From positions 1,612,001 through 1,676,000 of the forward strand of contig NC_042997.1 of the NCBI RefSeq assembly GCF_006345805.1: a stretch of DNA of 64,000 nt, read 5' to 3'. Within the stretch, counting starts at the first letter, position 1. Each line of letters starts with the position of its first letter. Origin of the DNA: Octopus sinensis. Taxonomy: Eukaryota. The translations under genes were made by a program, and so were the position numbers. Shown here piece by piece: positions 40,329-53,580 of the stretch. The notes beneath the pieces were generated by a model. The model was not told where the DNA came from. It was given only the letters and a program-made list of their open reading frames with translations, and searched no databases.

Positions 40329-40820
40329 AAGAAAAATTTAATTGTTTATGTTTGAGGAGGGGCAAAAAAGAAAATTACATTGTTTTTTGCAAAAAAATAA
40401 TAATAAACATGTACAAAAATTAAAAAATAGGTATTTCGATACGTTGTAAAGTCTTTGTGTATCTCGAGTTTAATGATAGTTCATGAAAAAATTACCTTGG
40501 AGGATTGAGATCCATGTGATTAAATCCACGTGCTATTTAATTTAATTAAGGATGTCTGTTGAGTGAAAGTCAAAACAGGAAGTAGTTGTCCAGTTCCTGT
40601 GAGTAAGGGGAGACAACTCTGTGGGTTTTAAGCTCTTCAATTTGGGTTTATCAATTTTTGTAATAAAGGGTGTTAATAAACCTTAAATTATAAAATTATA
40701 ATTTTAGCTGCATTTGCATTATCTTTTTTTATATAATTGTTTGCTAACTTAACATTCAGATTTTCCACTTTATTTATATAAATTTATATAAACCAATTTA
40801 TAATTACATTTCAGTTTGTT

Positions 40821-41030
<210 letters not shown>

Positions 41031-41039
41031 GAATATAAG

Positions 41040-41800
41040 CTTTAGCTTGAAGTGACGACTGTATGGTATCCTTATAAATTTGTATTAGTTCATCTATGAA
41101 GAATGAGGTAGAAAAAAGAAGTATGATCAACGAGGAGTTTGCATATTAAGATGCGTTTTGAATTTTTCAATAAAAATATTCTCCTTGTTAATTCTCTCCT
41201 GTGTGGTGATTCCGTCTTTACATTGGTAGAAGGGGAACATGTAACATTTTGGTCTTTTGTCTTTAGCGCATGAGTCTATGTGGCCACTCTGTGGAATTTG
41301 CCGGTATTCCTGGAGATTTATTTGTTCTTTATGGACCGCTACTCTTTTACGTAAAGGGAGGCTCGTTTGTCCAACATAATTATGTTGGCAACCGGTGCAT
41401 GTGAGAACATAGATAAGGTTCTCGGAGGAACAGGAGAAGTTGGTCTTGATTTTAAACTTCGTTCCTTGTTTGAAGATAAATTCAGAGCCTTCAAGTAAGA
41501 AGGGGCATGTGCCACAGTTTGGGGGTGCACATTTTTTAACTGCTGGGGGTGGATGTGGTGTGTGAAGTTTGGTATTTGTCAAGAGTTTTTTTTAAAGATT
41601 TGTGTTGCCTTTTACATTTGAGGATTTTGTGTGTATTTATAATGTTTTTCGTTTTTGCGTCTGTTGACAGTAGAGTGGAGTTTTGTATGATTGTGGTGTA
41701 TGCTTCGGTATTTTTGGGGTTGTGGGTGGAAATGTATGGAAGTATTTTGGGGTTGTGTGTGTTGTTGGGTTGGGTGGTTTTCAGTGCAATGTTGTCTAGT
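41040..41800 (-). mobile_element. 5'-truncated Neptune-like PLE (linker plus GIY-YIG endonuclease)
   Basis: Linker LPYISTHNPKN..KRQHKSLKK (one frameshift) leads into the endonuclease ORF; the 5' end abuts a (TA)n array. Confidence 0.9.
41127..41582 (-). CDS. PLE GIY-YIG endonuclease domain ORF (uninterrupted)
   Basis: CAPPNCGTC Cys motif, then LIYVLTCTGC..YVGQT..LRKRVAVH..SGHIDSC..KENIFI..HLN. GIY-YIG motifs, the Arg/Glu/Asn catalytic positions and CCHH residues are all present. Confidence 0.75.
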   Translation of the reverse strand: MTNTKLHTPHPPPAVKKCAPPNCGTCPFLLEGSEFIFKQGTKFKIKTNFSCSSENLIYVLTCTGCQHNYVGQTSLPLRKRVAVHKEQINLQEYRQIPQSGHIDSCAKDKRPKCYMFPFYQCKDGITTQERINKENIFIEKFKTHLNMQTPR

Positions 41801-41802
41801 TC

Positions 41803-41882
<80 letters not shown>

Positions 41883-41889
41883 CACCGTG

Positions 41890-41970
41890 TTCGTATCACG
41901 CAAAAGCATCCAGTCCACGCTGCGAAGTAGTGGCATTAGGAAAGGTTTCGAGCCGTTGAAACTATGCTCC
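41890..41970 (+). mobile_element. Degenerate SINE fragment
   Basis: cacgcaaaagcatcc..gtggcattaggaaagg..agccgttgaaact resembles a common octopus SINE body segment. Confidence 0.4.
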
Positions 41971-43309
41971 CGCACGATTATATCGGAATCTGTTATGTAA
42001 AGCATTTTATCTCTCTTTTAAATGAACTCAAATGTAGCCGGTCCTTAACGTGGTTGTTTAGTATGCTAGAAATAGCAGTTATACCCATAAGTATACAGGC
42101 ACACATACATATATACATACATGTATACACACACGCATATATACACACACATTATACACAGTTTTAAATAAACTGAAAGGCAGTGCGTCCTTAACATAAC
42201 TGTTTAGTATGCTAGAAATAGCAGTTATTAAACATATAAAATATCCACTATTCCCAGCACCTAATATATCAGAAAGGGGATAAAATTCCTCTTGTGTATC
42301 AGGAGGCGAGATTAGTTGATAGCACCTGGGGCCCATCAAAATGGTTCCCAACTGGGCCCCGCACCACCTAAAGCCGGTCCTGCAAATATATGCTGCTATT
42401 TTTCATTGAGTGGTACTGCGAATGCAGAAAATAGGGAGAGCTGTAGTGATTCGCATATAGTCATCAAATTATTTAAAGCCTATCTTCTAATGTTTCATTA
42501 TCTATGTTTGACAACGTGGTTTTCATATATTTTATTTTTGGCAGTAAAAGCCAAACGTGAATCATTTCTTTAATGGCCATCACAATCTAAGTTTCTGAAG
42601 TCCTTTTATCTTTCACGGTTTATAGATGCTGTATTATAGTAAATTGAAATGCAAGTTGTACTCATTAGAACAAAGCTTAGGAATATTAGACATTAAACTG
42701 AATTTTCAAGTGGACCTAAATCGATTAAGAATATTGATTGAAAGAAAACTTGAGAAATAAAATAGAATCAACAAGCACCCAATCCATTTGATGTTGGAAA
42801 CATATCCTTTGCTACGCAGTTTCCAGAGACAAAACAGCGGTGAAAATTCTAAGATATAAAATATAGCTTATCTGCATGTATTCAGTTTTGTGAGAAATTT
42901 ACTCCGACAGCATGTTTCTTTATTACATATTTATCACCATGTAACAAAATTTCCCTTTAGTATGTAACGAAAAAAAATCCGAAAACTCCGTAAAATGATG
43001 ATTTAAGCGACGGCGATATGTTTTCCATTACTACGTATAAAAAAATTGCGATTCCAAACTAGAGATAAGTCTTCTTGGGATAAACAACTGACATTGCTGA
43101 TTCTAATTTTACCTGTTTAAAGCGCTTCAATAACATGAATGCCAAACTTCGAAAGTATAATAATTAATACTGCACTAAAAAATTTATTTAACAAATTAGT
43201 TAAAAACTCAATATTATTTACACCATATTATATATAGATTTGTTTGAGTAGTAATCATTTCATGTTCTCTCGATGTTTATCGGTTGTTATGATATCAACA
43301 ACATATCAG

Positions 43310-43671
43310 TGTGTTACTCCGTGGCTTACGGTGACGAGGATTCCAGCTGATTCGATCAACGGAACAGCCTGCTCGTGAAATTAACGTGCAATTGGCTGAG
43401 CACTCCACAGATACGTATAACCTTAACGTAATTCCCGGGGAGATTCAGTGTGACACAGTGTGACAAGAGTGACCATTTGAAATACAGGTACAACAGAAAC
43501 AGGAAGACAGAGTGAGAAAAAGTTGTGGTGAAAGAATACAGCAGGGTAAACCACCATCCCCTGCTGGAGCCTCGTAGAGCTTTAGGTGTTTTCGCTCAAT
43601 AAACACTCACAACGCCCGATCTGGCAATCAAAACTGCGATCCTATGACTGCGTGTTCGCTAACCTAACCAC
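43310..43671 (-). mobile_element. tRNA-derived SINE, near full length
   Basis: Minus strand gtggttagg..gggcgttgtgagtgtttattgagcgaaaacacctaaagctc..gcacgttaatttcacgagcaggctgttccgttgatcg; head shared with the SINE at 14087. Confidence 0.85.
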
Positions 43672-44125
43672 CAACAACAAAATCCTCAGGTATTTTCCAA
43701 TCCAAACAGCTGAGTTGCTAAAGGAAAACAGGCCGCACCTAGTGGTGGACATGGTGCACCACATATGTTATATAGTTCCTGTTGTATGCCCATTTGACCC
43801 ACGGATAGTGAACAATGAATGCGAAAAGGTAGATAGATACATCCCTCTTAAGAAGGTGAAGACAGTACTAATTATTGTTGGGTCCATGGGAAGAGTATCA
43901 GAAGGCATCTAGAGGAATATAACAAAAATTGGAATAGAGTGTCCAGCAGAACTTTTAAAAAGATTTGTCTCCTTGGAAAGGACACAATAATCAGCAAAGT
44001 ATTAGACAGCTGAAAAGATCGAATACCATGATACAGGTAGTAAGCTGCAGGTAGTAAGCGCACGACGCATGCAAGATTCCAGGAGCTCCAACAGAACATG
44101 TGATGAAGAGATAATAATAATAATG

Positions 44126-44135
<10 letters not shown>
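43672..44135 (+). mobile_element. R4/Dong-like LINE 3' end (restriction-like endonuclease) with (TAA)n tail
   Basis: KILRYFPIQT..NRPHLVV..CYIVPVVCPFDPRI..EKVDRY..IIVGSMG..IGIECPAELL (eroded PD-(D/E)xK REL domain), then a UTR and a TAA tail. Confidence 0.85.
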
Positions 44136-44157
<22 letters not shown>

Positions 44158-44229
44158 GCCACCACCACTATTACTATTACTACTATTACAGCTACTATTA
44201 CAGCTACTACTACTACAACTACTACTACA

Positions 44230-44269
<40 letters not shown>

Positions 44270-44320
44270 ATAATAATAATAATAAAAATAATGATAATAA
44301 TAATAATGATAATGATAATA
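44110..44320. repeat. Compound (TAA)n/(CTA)n/(CCA)n microsatellite
   Basis: Seen directly. Confidence 0.97.
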
Positions 44321-44339
44321 TTACAAAAGATTTGGTGAT

Positions 44340-44609
44340 TGTCATGCACGAATAGCTGCGCAACTCAACACCTTTTTAAATGCCGACCGTGGAACACCAG
44401 AATGGTTGACCTTGGGAGGGCAGTGCTGTGTTTGAAAAACATCGAAAAAGGCAATATGGTAGAAAATTACAGGCCGATATCCTGTTGGCTACTTATGTGG
44501 GAGTTATTGGCTGAAATACTCGCAGTTAATGTACGAACATCTGGAGAAAATGGAGTCCTGCCACATGAGAAGAAGAGTTGCAAGCGTAAGTGCAGAGCTA
44601 CCAAGGATC
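44340..44609 (+). mobile_element. R4/Dong-like LINE RT N-terminal fragment
   Basis: GRAVLCLKNIEKGNMVENYRPISC..MWELLAEIL..GVLPHEKKSCKRKCRATKD. Confidence 0.85.
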
Positions 44610-44765
44610 CCCAAATAGTTATAGCCCGTATCTTCTATCTGCGTCATAACCTCCGTCAACAGTATCGTTAGCCCGTCCATACATTTGATTTTGCCTCTCT
44701 TCAAGGCACCACACTTTCTCAGTCCGAACTCCATTCTGATATCAGCACTGAAAATTTATATAAGC
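44602..44765 (-). mobile_element. R4/Dong-like LINE RT fragment, inverted
   Basis: FSADIRMEFGLRKCGALKRGK..GYNYLGIL, a later RT motif region. Confidence 0.85.
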
Positions 44766-45158
44766 AACGCGTACATGTGTCACTAAAGTGATGGAAGTTG
44801 CTAATAAGCACCAGTATTTCTATAAATAAGAATCAAAACAAGTTTCAGCCGCACGAGAGCACTTTTCTGAGGGATGACAAACGAGGCAGTCTCCCTCTCT
44901 ACGCCAAGCGAGATGGAGTCATATCAGCGCTAATTTCAGATTTAATTTTCGCCAGTGATGCAGGCAACGCGCAAATTATTAGCAACACCTCGAAAAGACA
45001 TTTAATGATGTTTCATATGTCAGTCATACTTTCTGCAGCATAGCTCTCTCGAGTAAAGAGTTATTGTTTGCACAAATATATATGGATGTAAGTAGCTTTA
45101 TCTGGTATTTGTTGCAGAGATTCGACCCGAAACGGTTTCAATGACAGGATATATATAT

Positions 45159-45225
<67 letters not shown>

Positions 45226-45275
45226 TTATAAGGAAAATTGAGAGCATGAAAATTAATATTCTTAATATCATAAAC

Positions 45276-45386
45276 CTGGAAAAGTATAGGGCAAATTATT
45301 ACATCTGGAAAAGTATAGGGCACATTATTACATCTGTAAAAGTATAGGACAAGCTATTATTTCTTGTAAAGAATAAGAAACTATTT
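45276..45386. repeat. 29-bp minisatellite (about 3.5 copies)
   Basis: ctggaaaagtatagggcaaattattacat repeated, decaying to the right. Confidence 0.9.
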
Positions 45387-45585
45387 ACTTAAAGTATTGC
45401 AGCAATGAATGTCAGTTCGTCCCATTTATCAGTCTTTACAATTCAGATCTTTTAAATTTATTGTACAAAACTGTTCAGCTAATTTGTAAGTTTGCCTAAT
45501 TAGTAATTTTTTTTTGTATTTAAGGTAGTAAGTTAGCCAAATTCTAATTAAATTTAAGGTAGTAAATTTGCCAAATTCTACTGCC

Positions 45586-45878
45586 ATATAGCGTAGTGGT
45601 TAAGAGCATAACCACTACTATTTGCAGCATAATATGAGGTCAGGGTACGTGATTCCACGCAAAAAATAATTTTTTTTCTTAATGAAAATCGTGCTGGTGT
45701 TAATATAGAAATTTACCATAATGTTGTTAACCCTGATACAGCAAACCTCTCATTAAAAACATTCCAGCCTTCAGCAAACTGTCTTGTTAGGCATAATCGA
45801 GGACATTACATAAAATGGGCATGTGATTTAGGCAGGGGATAGCTATTTTTAGCGTGTTGAGCGACCAGGTAGATGTTC
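45586..45878 (+). mobile_element. Old tRNA-derived SINE hosting a younger SINE
   Basis: tRNA-like head gccatatagcgtagtggttaagagc and body ggcaggggatagctatttttagc..gagcgacc. Confidence 0.55.
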
Positions 45879-46088
45879 GTTAGCACGTCGGGCGAAATGC
45901 TTAGCGGTATTTCGGCTGCCGTTACGTTGTGAGTTCAAATTCCGCCGAGGTCGACTTTGCCTTTCATCCTTTCGGGGTCGATAAATTAAGTACCAGTTAC
46001 GCACTGGAGTCGATGTAATCGACTTAATACCTATGTCTCTCCTTGCTTGTCCCCTCTGTGTTTAACCCCTTGTGGGTAATAAAGAAAT
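45879..46088 (+). mobile_element. 5'-truncated OK-type octopus SINE with 12-bp TSD
   Basis: gttagcacg..gggcgaaatgcttagcggtatttcg..gagttcaaattccgccgaggtcgactttgcctttcatcctttcggggtcgataaattaagtacc; TSD aggtagatgttc at 45867-45878 and 46089-46100. Confidence 0.93.
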
Positions 46089-46413
46089 AGGTAGATGTTC
46101 TTTCATTAGTTACATTGCGTGATGAGATTATTTTACACATATATGTAATATCTATACTACATTGCCACTATGTAACTTACTTCCTTACTTACTGACATTA
46201 AATTTCGTTGAGCACAAATACACAATCAGTACTGATTATAAACTTTCATTAATATCGTATATTAATAGTATTGTCTAAAACAAATACAAAATTTGCTAGG
46301 TAACTAATATTGTTAAGTAATCTGAACTTGGATATGCTAAACATAGTTTCTAAGTAAGTGCAGTTTGACCTTGCCACACAGTTTGTACACAATGCTATGT
46401 TTAGTGGTATTAG

Positions 46414-46620
46414 TGGTTTGCCAACGCGTATATTGGTTCCAAAGGGAGCTCAAATAAACGGCCGCGATATGATTTGAGTTTACATGAAAACGCTTTATGT
46501 TCGGTTATTTCAAATTTAAAGCCTCTCTCGTGGCTATTGATCAACGTTGAGAAAAATGTTAAGCAGCAGTACATGTTGCTAATTGTTGGTTTATTAAATG
46601 TTGGCCAAACCTGTCTCTGG
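46414..46620 (+). CDS. Candidate coding exon (unidentified)
   Basis: 207-nt phase 0-0 open frame running exactly from an AG to a TGG|GTATGT donor (WFANAYIGSKG..VGQTCLW). The acceptor tract is weak and the antisense frame is also open. Confidence 0.2.
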
Positions 46621-48025
46621 GTATGTATACGTAATTTCTCAAAGACGTACACACAACAACAAATAGTAAAAAAACAAATTCATTTCAATTTTGTCAATCC
46701 CTAATATAAAATTCAGTCAGCATTGTGATTTTCAGAATGTATGTTTCGAATTACAAACTAACTATGACAATATTTATATTATATTATATTATAGTTTTCA
46801 ATATTTATATAAAAAAAAACAAATATTTCTAAAAATTTTAGAATTCTTTTCAGTACAACGAACCGTCGTTCGTTGAAAATATTATTTTGTAGAGTATGTG
46901 TGTTTTACATTTCATTTATTGTTATCATTATATTTCACTCAATAGAAGAATTGAAAATGAAGAAAAATTTTCAATTGCAAAACAATGTTTTGTTTAGATC
47001 GTATTTTTGTTTGTGGAATGGATACAAACAATAATAATAAAATAATATATAAAAAAGTAGAAAATGCAATTTCAGTTTCCTTTCTTGAATTAACTTTTGA
47101 TCTTGAAGTTTAAAATTGAATTTAGAATCAGCCAAAGACCGAATCAATAGTGTTCTATTTTGATACGAAAACCAACAGAAACATTCCTTTAGTTTTCCTA
47201 TTTCTTCCATTACGCTTATATTCTCTTCTGTATTCATTTTTTCTTGGAATTCTCGCTGTTATATTCTGTTTGTAATATGTCTCTACACTTCACCATTCAT
47301 CGCATATTTCTCAGTCTTTGTTAATCTTTCGGTCTCTATATAGTCTATTCAGCTTCCTTCTTTTCGTGTTTCTGATTCAGTTTTTTTTTTTGTCTCTTTC
47401 AAAATTTGTCTTCCTCTTTCCATGTTCAAGTATATATTAATTTTATGCTTTCTTTTCTCATTCATTTTCCTTTTCTGCCTTTACGCCTATAACTAGCATT
47501 CGTCCTAGTTGCTGTTCTATTTGATTTTTGTCACTAATTTATTTATATTATATTTCTGTCTTTCTCACATTCGTCGTCTTAATTATTTCCCATGAATTTC
47601 AACTCAAGAATTTCATGTTTCTCTTTCGTTTCTTAGATACTCCCACTCGATGTTTTTAAACAAGTTGTCTCAAAACATATCCTATTTTCTCGATTTCCTC
47701 TTTTCCAAACATTCTTATTCTCTCACTCATTTTCTACTCTTTCATTCTATATATATTTCCACTCATTCGCTATTATTGTATCTCTTCTACTGCATTTGTC
47801 TCGGGCATTTCTCTTCCTTCTCTTTCAACATTCTTTCCGTTCTCATTTTTTACATATCACAACCTACTACTATCATCAGGCATTTTTTCTCTCATTTTCC
47901 TATTTGTGTTCTTTTATTCATTTTGTTAATCGAACATTGGATATTTTTAACTGTTTTCTACCATTGGCATCTTTTTCTCTATCTCTTGAAATCGAAATTA
48001 AGTTCAGAATATACTTAGTCGTGTG

Positions 48026-48058
<33 letters not shown>

Positions 48059-48129
48059 TGTATGTATGTATGTATGTATGTATGTATGCATGCATGTATG
48101 TAGATGCGTGGGTGAGTGTGCACGTGTGC

Positions 48130-48201
<72 letters not shown>

Positions 48202-49147
48202 GTGTGTGTATGTTTGTGTATGTTTGGGTGGGTTTGCATCATGAGCCGTGTGCATGAAGAAACGAAATCTAGAAAAGAATATAAAATGCAAGTCATATGA
48301 AATACAGAGAAAGAGAAGAAAGATATTTACTAAGATTACAAAAAGCTTGAGATTCCAATTACACACAGAATCGGGAAGATGTTCCCATTTCGTATATAAG
48401 CATACATATATAAACATACATATTACATGCATAGTAATATCGTGAAAATATATATCTTCTAAGGTTATATGGGTGCAGCTAAATCTGAGTAAAATATCTT
48501 GACACCCATTTAAGAATTACCGAAATATTTTACTGGTAATTATTTGCCTTAGAAATGATACACTCCTACTTATCCCTCCCAGGTCTACGAATCAAATAGG
48601 TATATGTTAAAATTAAGCGAATAATATGAATTAGCAATCGTTCCACTTTCTGAAATAACTAGAGTACTATTTGCATTTCCGACTCTACATTACATATTTA
48701 AATGTAATTATACCTCTAAGAAATCAAATGCGAAAAAAAACATTTACATTACGTGATATATTACATTAAATTCTTAAACCACTAGAAGCATGAAAGTAAA
48801 TCAGATAAAAAAAGATGTTGATGTGAAAATTGGATTTAAGCGAATATGCCCCTACCTGTTAAAACAGTTTCCAGTTAATATTTGTATGTTGTTCCTTCCC
48901 CTTTTGAGCGCCTGAACTAAAATGTGGAGTTGACGCAGGAGTCGAATTCACATTTTAGTGTCGTTTTATTTGAAAACTTTTATTCGACAATGGTGATGAA
49001 ATGATTTACTGGAAGATAAGAAAGCTATGTTACTAAAAACTGTCATTCTGGATGTTTATCTATATTTCCCTTCTTGTTAGTGGTTAGATCCCTGTAAGCA
49101 GTGAATAGAAGAGACGTAGATAAAAAGAGTTCCATCTATGACCATCC

Positions 49148-49199
<52 letters not shown>

Positions 49200-49203
<4 letters not shown>

Positions 49204-49772
49204 AACAAAGGGTAAAATTAATTAATTAAGTAGTAATCAATAATTTCACCGAGTAGAATTCGGCATGAAAAATAGGAACATTTCACGGTAAACTTAAGTA
49301 ATACTTAATAAATAGGGTTCAGCAAAGATTTGCTTTTCCACATACCGAAGTTTAGAAATAGCAGCCAAAAACCGTTAGCTATTTCTTCTACTTTAAAAAG
49401 GGACTCCCAGAAAAATCAAAATACTTGAAAACCATGCACACAGGCAGAGAGGAAAAGTAACGAAAATCAATCGATATCTGGTCACCTATGGATGCGCGTT
49501 TCGGAATTAGAATGGAATAAAGAATATAGAATTATACGTTACCAACTTTGAAAGTAGAAGAAATAGCTAACGGTTTTAGGCTGCTATTTCTAAACTTCGG
49601 TATGTGGTAAAGCAAATCTTTGCTGAACCCTGTTTATTAAGTATGAAGATTTCATCTGAATGAAACAGTTCTAGTCCTGTAGAAGCTCCTTCTAGAAAAT
49701 AAATTACTTTACTCTGCTATGTATTGAGTATCTTATTTACTGTGGTTAACCCCGACTCAACCCGGGACCTAC

Positions 49773-49774
<2 letters not shown>
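49200..49774. mobile_element. (TA)n-flanked PLE pseudo-LTR-like element with 94-bp inverted arms
   Basis: 49301-49394 is the reverse complement of 49551-49644; homologous to 28291-28966; minus-strand HHR 3' half GAAA-CGCGCA-TC-CATAGG near 49485-49502. Confidence 0.75.
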
Positions 49775-49866
<92 letters not shown>

Positions 49867-50936
49867 GTCAGTTGTCCTTGTCCATATGTGAGGGAAAGTA
49901 CGCACTACAAACCAGCGAGATCTAGAGGCTATACTTTCATATTTTGGATCGTTATATTCCTGGTTATTGTATATAATCAGTTAGAATGCTATCGCAATTT
50001 TTCCTTCGAGTAATGCTGTTAGCAACATTGATAACTATTCTCACTTGCTACCCAGAGTGCATAGCCTCTTTTATGCTGGCAGTAAATACTGATCTAGTTG
50101 GCTCAGTTATGATAAAAATTAGGACAAAAATGTAATAGACGGTTATAAATTTTTCCGAGGGGGAAAAAACACTTTTTCTCATTTGACTGAGCAGTGGCCA
50201 AATGTAATGAACTCTGCTTGTGTGCTTATTTTCTGTTCGCTTATCCAAAAATAGGGATGAACAATTTTCCCAAAGAATTTTGTGTTATGAGTGCATTAAC
50301 AAAATATTAAGCACTTTGAATTCAGGCTCTCAAAAGACAAATGTACAACTTGTAAAATCAACTGGAAACTGCTGGACCAGACCAGACCCAGCCATATTTT
50401 GTAATTCAAATGCTATACCCTTCTCACATTTTTGTCACCTTATGCTTACACGAGTATGAGTTAGACACACGCGTAGCACTCACAAGCGTAAATACATTAT
50501 GTTTAGACGACTGTATGATCAGCTGGTATATATGATCACTTACACCTTCATTCAGAAGCTGCTATCAGTTGATGGAACAATGGAGTCCTCCATGGGGAAC
50601 TACAGTTATACTACAACAGTGTATATGCCTATACATACATATACATAAACACATATATACAAACACACACACACATATATGTATGTTTGTATGTATATAC
50701 ATGTGAATCATATTGGACGAGACAAATGGTATATGCTAGTCTTGAGTCATACTATGCTGTTATAATCACTGAGAAATACGTACTTGCGTACTTATTTACT
50801 TTCATATAGGCATGCATACATTAACATATACACTCAAAAAACACACGCACAGACACGAACACAGACACTCACGCACAGATATGTACACACACATACATTT
50901 ATACATACATACGCACATACATACACACATACATAC

Positions 50937-51042
<106 letters not shown>

Positions 51043-51352
51043 TTTCATTCAGAGAAAGGAAGTGTGAAAAGGAGAGATTGGTAAATTCGTACCTACACAA
51101 TTCAACTCGCAAAACTAATGAGACTTAAGTGTGCCAATATCTTTCAAGTCATTAGTTTATAACGTTTCCTTCGAATCGCTTGTAATCCTGCAGAAAATGT
51201 GCTCTAAAGAGACACACTTATTTACTTTGGTAATATTTTCTTTGTTGTAATTATGCATTGCTAATAAGCGTCTGAAAACTGCTCGTTAATCCAGTCAACC
51301 TGAAGACATTTAAACATGTTCATACAGGCACTATATATATATATATACATAT

Positions 51353-51402
<50 letters not shown>

Positions 51403-51422
51403 TTATATATATATATACATAC

Positions 51423-51497
<75 letters not shown>

Positions 51498-51978
51498 CTG
51501 TGCGTATATATGTATACATAATTCAATTGTTGTATACAGGAGTGTATATGTATATGTATATTCATATATATATATATATGTATATATCTGTGTGTGCGTA
51601 TGAACATGTGTGTTTGTATGAATGTCTATGTAGATTCGTCCATACTTATGAACTCATTGTATTAGACAAAATGAATCATATTGAAATCGTTTCAAGTGTA
51701 GATGTGTACCGTGTAGGTGACTACCCACGTATATACACGGTCTTATATAGATTTGTGTCTACATATAGGCGAACGTATATATATATATAAATAAATATTA
51801 TAATTTGCCTAATGACTCTCACTAGGCACAGCGTATATGCTTATATAAATCACACAATATATATGTGTGTGCATATGTGTGTGTGTACGTGTACGTGCGT
51901 GTGTGTGTACTGCTATCTGTTTATTTATTCATGTGTAGTTGTAAGCATCTTCTTGACTGTCTATCTATCTATCTTTCA

Positions 51979-52016
<38 letters not shown>

Positions 52017-53169
52017 TGTGTAAGCAGGCACAAACACACACAGACGCATTCCTTCACTCACATACCTTACACACACATATATATTATTCATCGGGACTTA
52101 CAGGGCATTAGTCAGTTTCCACTTTATTTATAAGTATTTTCCACGGTTTTACTTACTGCTACTTATTGAATGATTGGGATATAAATCTTCACTTATTCGG
52201 AATGACGACTTCATAATTTTTTCGTATAGAACTCTTTTAATTACGTAAGTAACGTTACATGTTTTGCAGTAATATAGTCACTGCGATGATATATATTCTG
52301 CGATAAAGAGTTAAATATCAACCCTATAATAGGCGTTAGAAGTACCGATAATTTTGTTGACGTTTGAATATAAATAGAGAAATACACAAATATATTGAAA
52401 TCGTATAGGTGTTTAACACAAGCACAATGTGTGAATAAGAGATAAGTTTTGCACTAGATCGTGTGTGAAATATCAGACGTTATTTTCAGAGAGCATACGG
52501 TACTATGTTAACTGAAGCGTGCACAATTAATAATTATGCACAGCTACAAAAACAACGCTTGGCTTACTTTAACTTCCAACAACACTTGAGATTACAGCCA
52601 AATGACTACATCCAGCGATTTCTGTTTCCTACGTTAAAAGACACGATGAAGTGTAAGTCATGAAGCAGACAGTAATTATGAATCATTTTCAACAAAAACG
52701 ACCCACACACACTTTATATTTAAAACAACACCAACGCCGCCACACTATTTATAATCAATAACTTCAATTATTACATAGAACATTGTAAGTTAATATATTC
52801 ATTACACAATGCTAATAAAAAATGTCTTTCATTGACACAAATATACATATTTTGTGAAAGAAATAAAAACGAATAATGAGTCCAGTTTGATGTAAAACAT
52901 TTTCGCTCCCGAACTTATGTTGAAATCGGAATCCCATGTAACGCCATAAAATACAAACTGGTATTTTTCCATACTATAACTAATTCATGTAAATTACAAC
53001 CAGCATATATCTGGTGGCTGATGAGCTGTGACCCTATTTCCATTGAAATCTTAATATAATTCTTCAACAGAAACAAATTATACTTAAAATGAATATGCTG
53101 AGGATTAATATAGACATTATTTCAAGGTTTTCTTAGTCTCGCATGTGTCATTATATTTAAGAGAAAAAG

Positions 53170-53370
53170 GGTTGTGAGCTGGTAGAATTGTTAGCAACCA
53201 GGATGAAATGCTTAGTACCATATTGCCTGTCATCACGTTTTAAGCTCAAATACCACAGAAAATTGCCTTTCCCGATTCTGTACTTCGAAAAATAAGTATC
53301 AATCAAGTACTGGGGTATCTGTAGTCCAATTATCCCTCACCTCAAACGTTGTTGGCTCTCTAACAAAATC
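53170..53370 (+). mobile_element. Degenerate OK-type SINE
   Basis: gagctggtagaattgttagc..gaaatgcttag..ctcaaatacc..aataagta..aagtactgggg. Confidence 0.7.
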
Positions 53371-53389
53371 CCTACTATTACCATCGCAA

Positions 53390-53580
53390 GGTCTGAAATT
53401 TTGGGGTTGGGTGGCTAGTAAATTACACCGACTGCAGTGCTCAGCTGGTACATTTTCATTGAAACCGAAAGGGCGAAAAGCAAAGAAGACTTGGGTGGCA
53501 TTTGAACTCAGAACGTAAAGACGGGCAAAATGATGTTCAACATATTGTCCGACGCTCTAGCAATTCTCTCAGCTCGTATC
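53390..53580 (-). mobile_element. Degenerate OK-type SINE (tail-to-tail with 53170)
   Basis: Plus strand ggtacattttcattgaaaccgaaagg..aaagcaaagaagac..catttgaactcagaacgtaaagacgg is the reverse complement of the same family. Confidence 0.7.

Noticed and set aside
42299-42382. hAT-type MITE (gggccccgcaccacctaaagccggtcctg end)
   Set aside because: Only one convincing terminus and no 8-bp target duplication.
44340-44765. Twin-priming 5' inversion
   Set aside because: The junction is tail-to-tail, whereas twin priming gives a head-to-head junction followed by a sense segment with a tail.
45276-45386. CRISPR-like array
   Set aside because: Units are contiguous with no unique spacers, and the context is eukaryotic.
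45586-45660. tRNA gene (also the tRNA-like heads at 24488, 31500, 43671 and 55056)
   Set aside because: No complete cloverleaf; each continues into a SINE body.
47200-48010. K/E-rich coding region on the minus strand
   Set aside because: Purine/pyrimidine-skewed low-complexity DNA with stops in all frames and no motifs.
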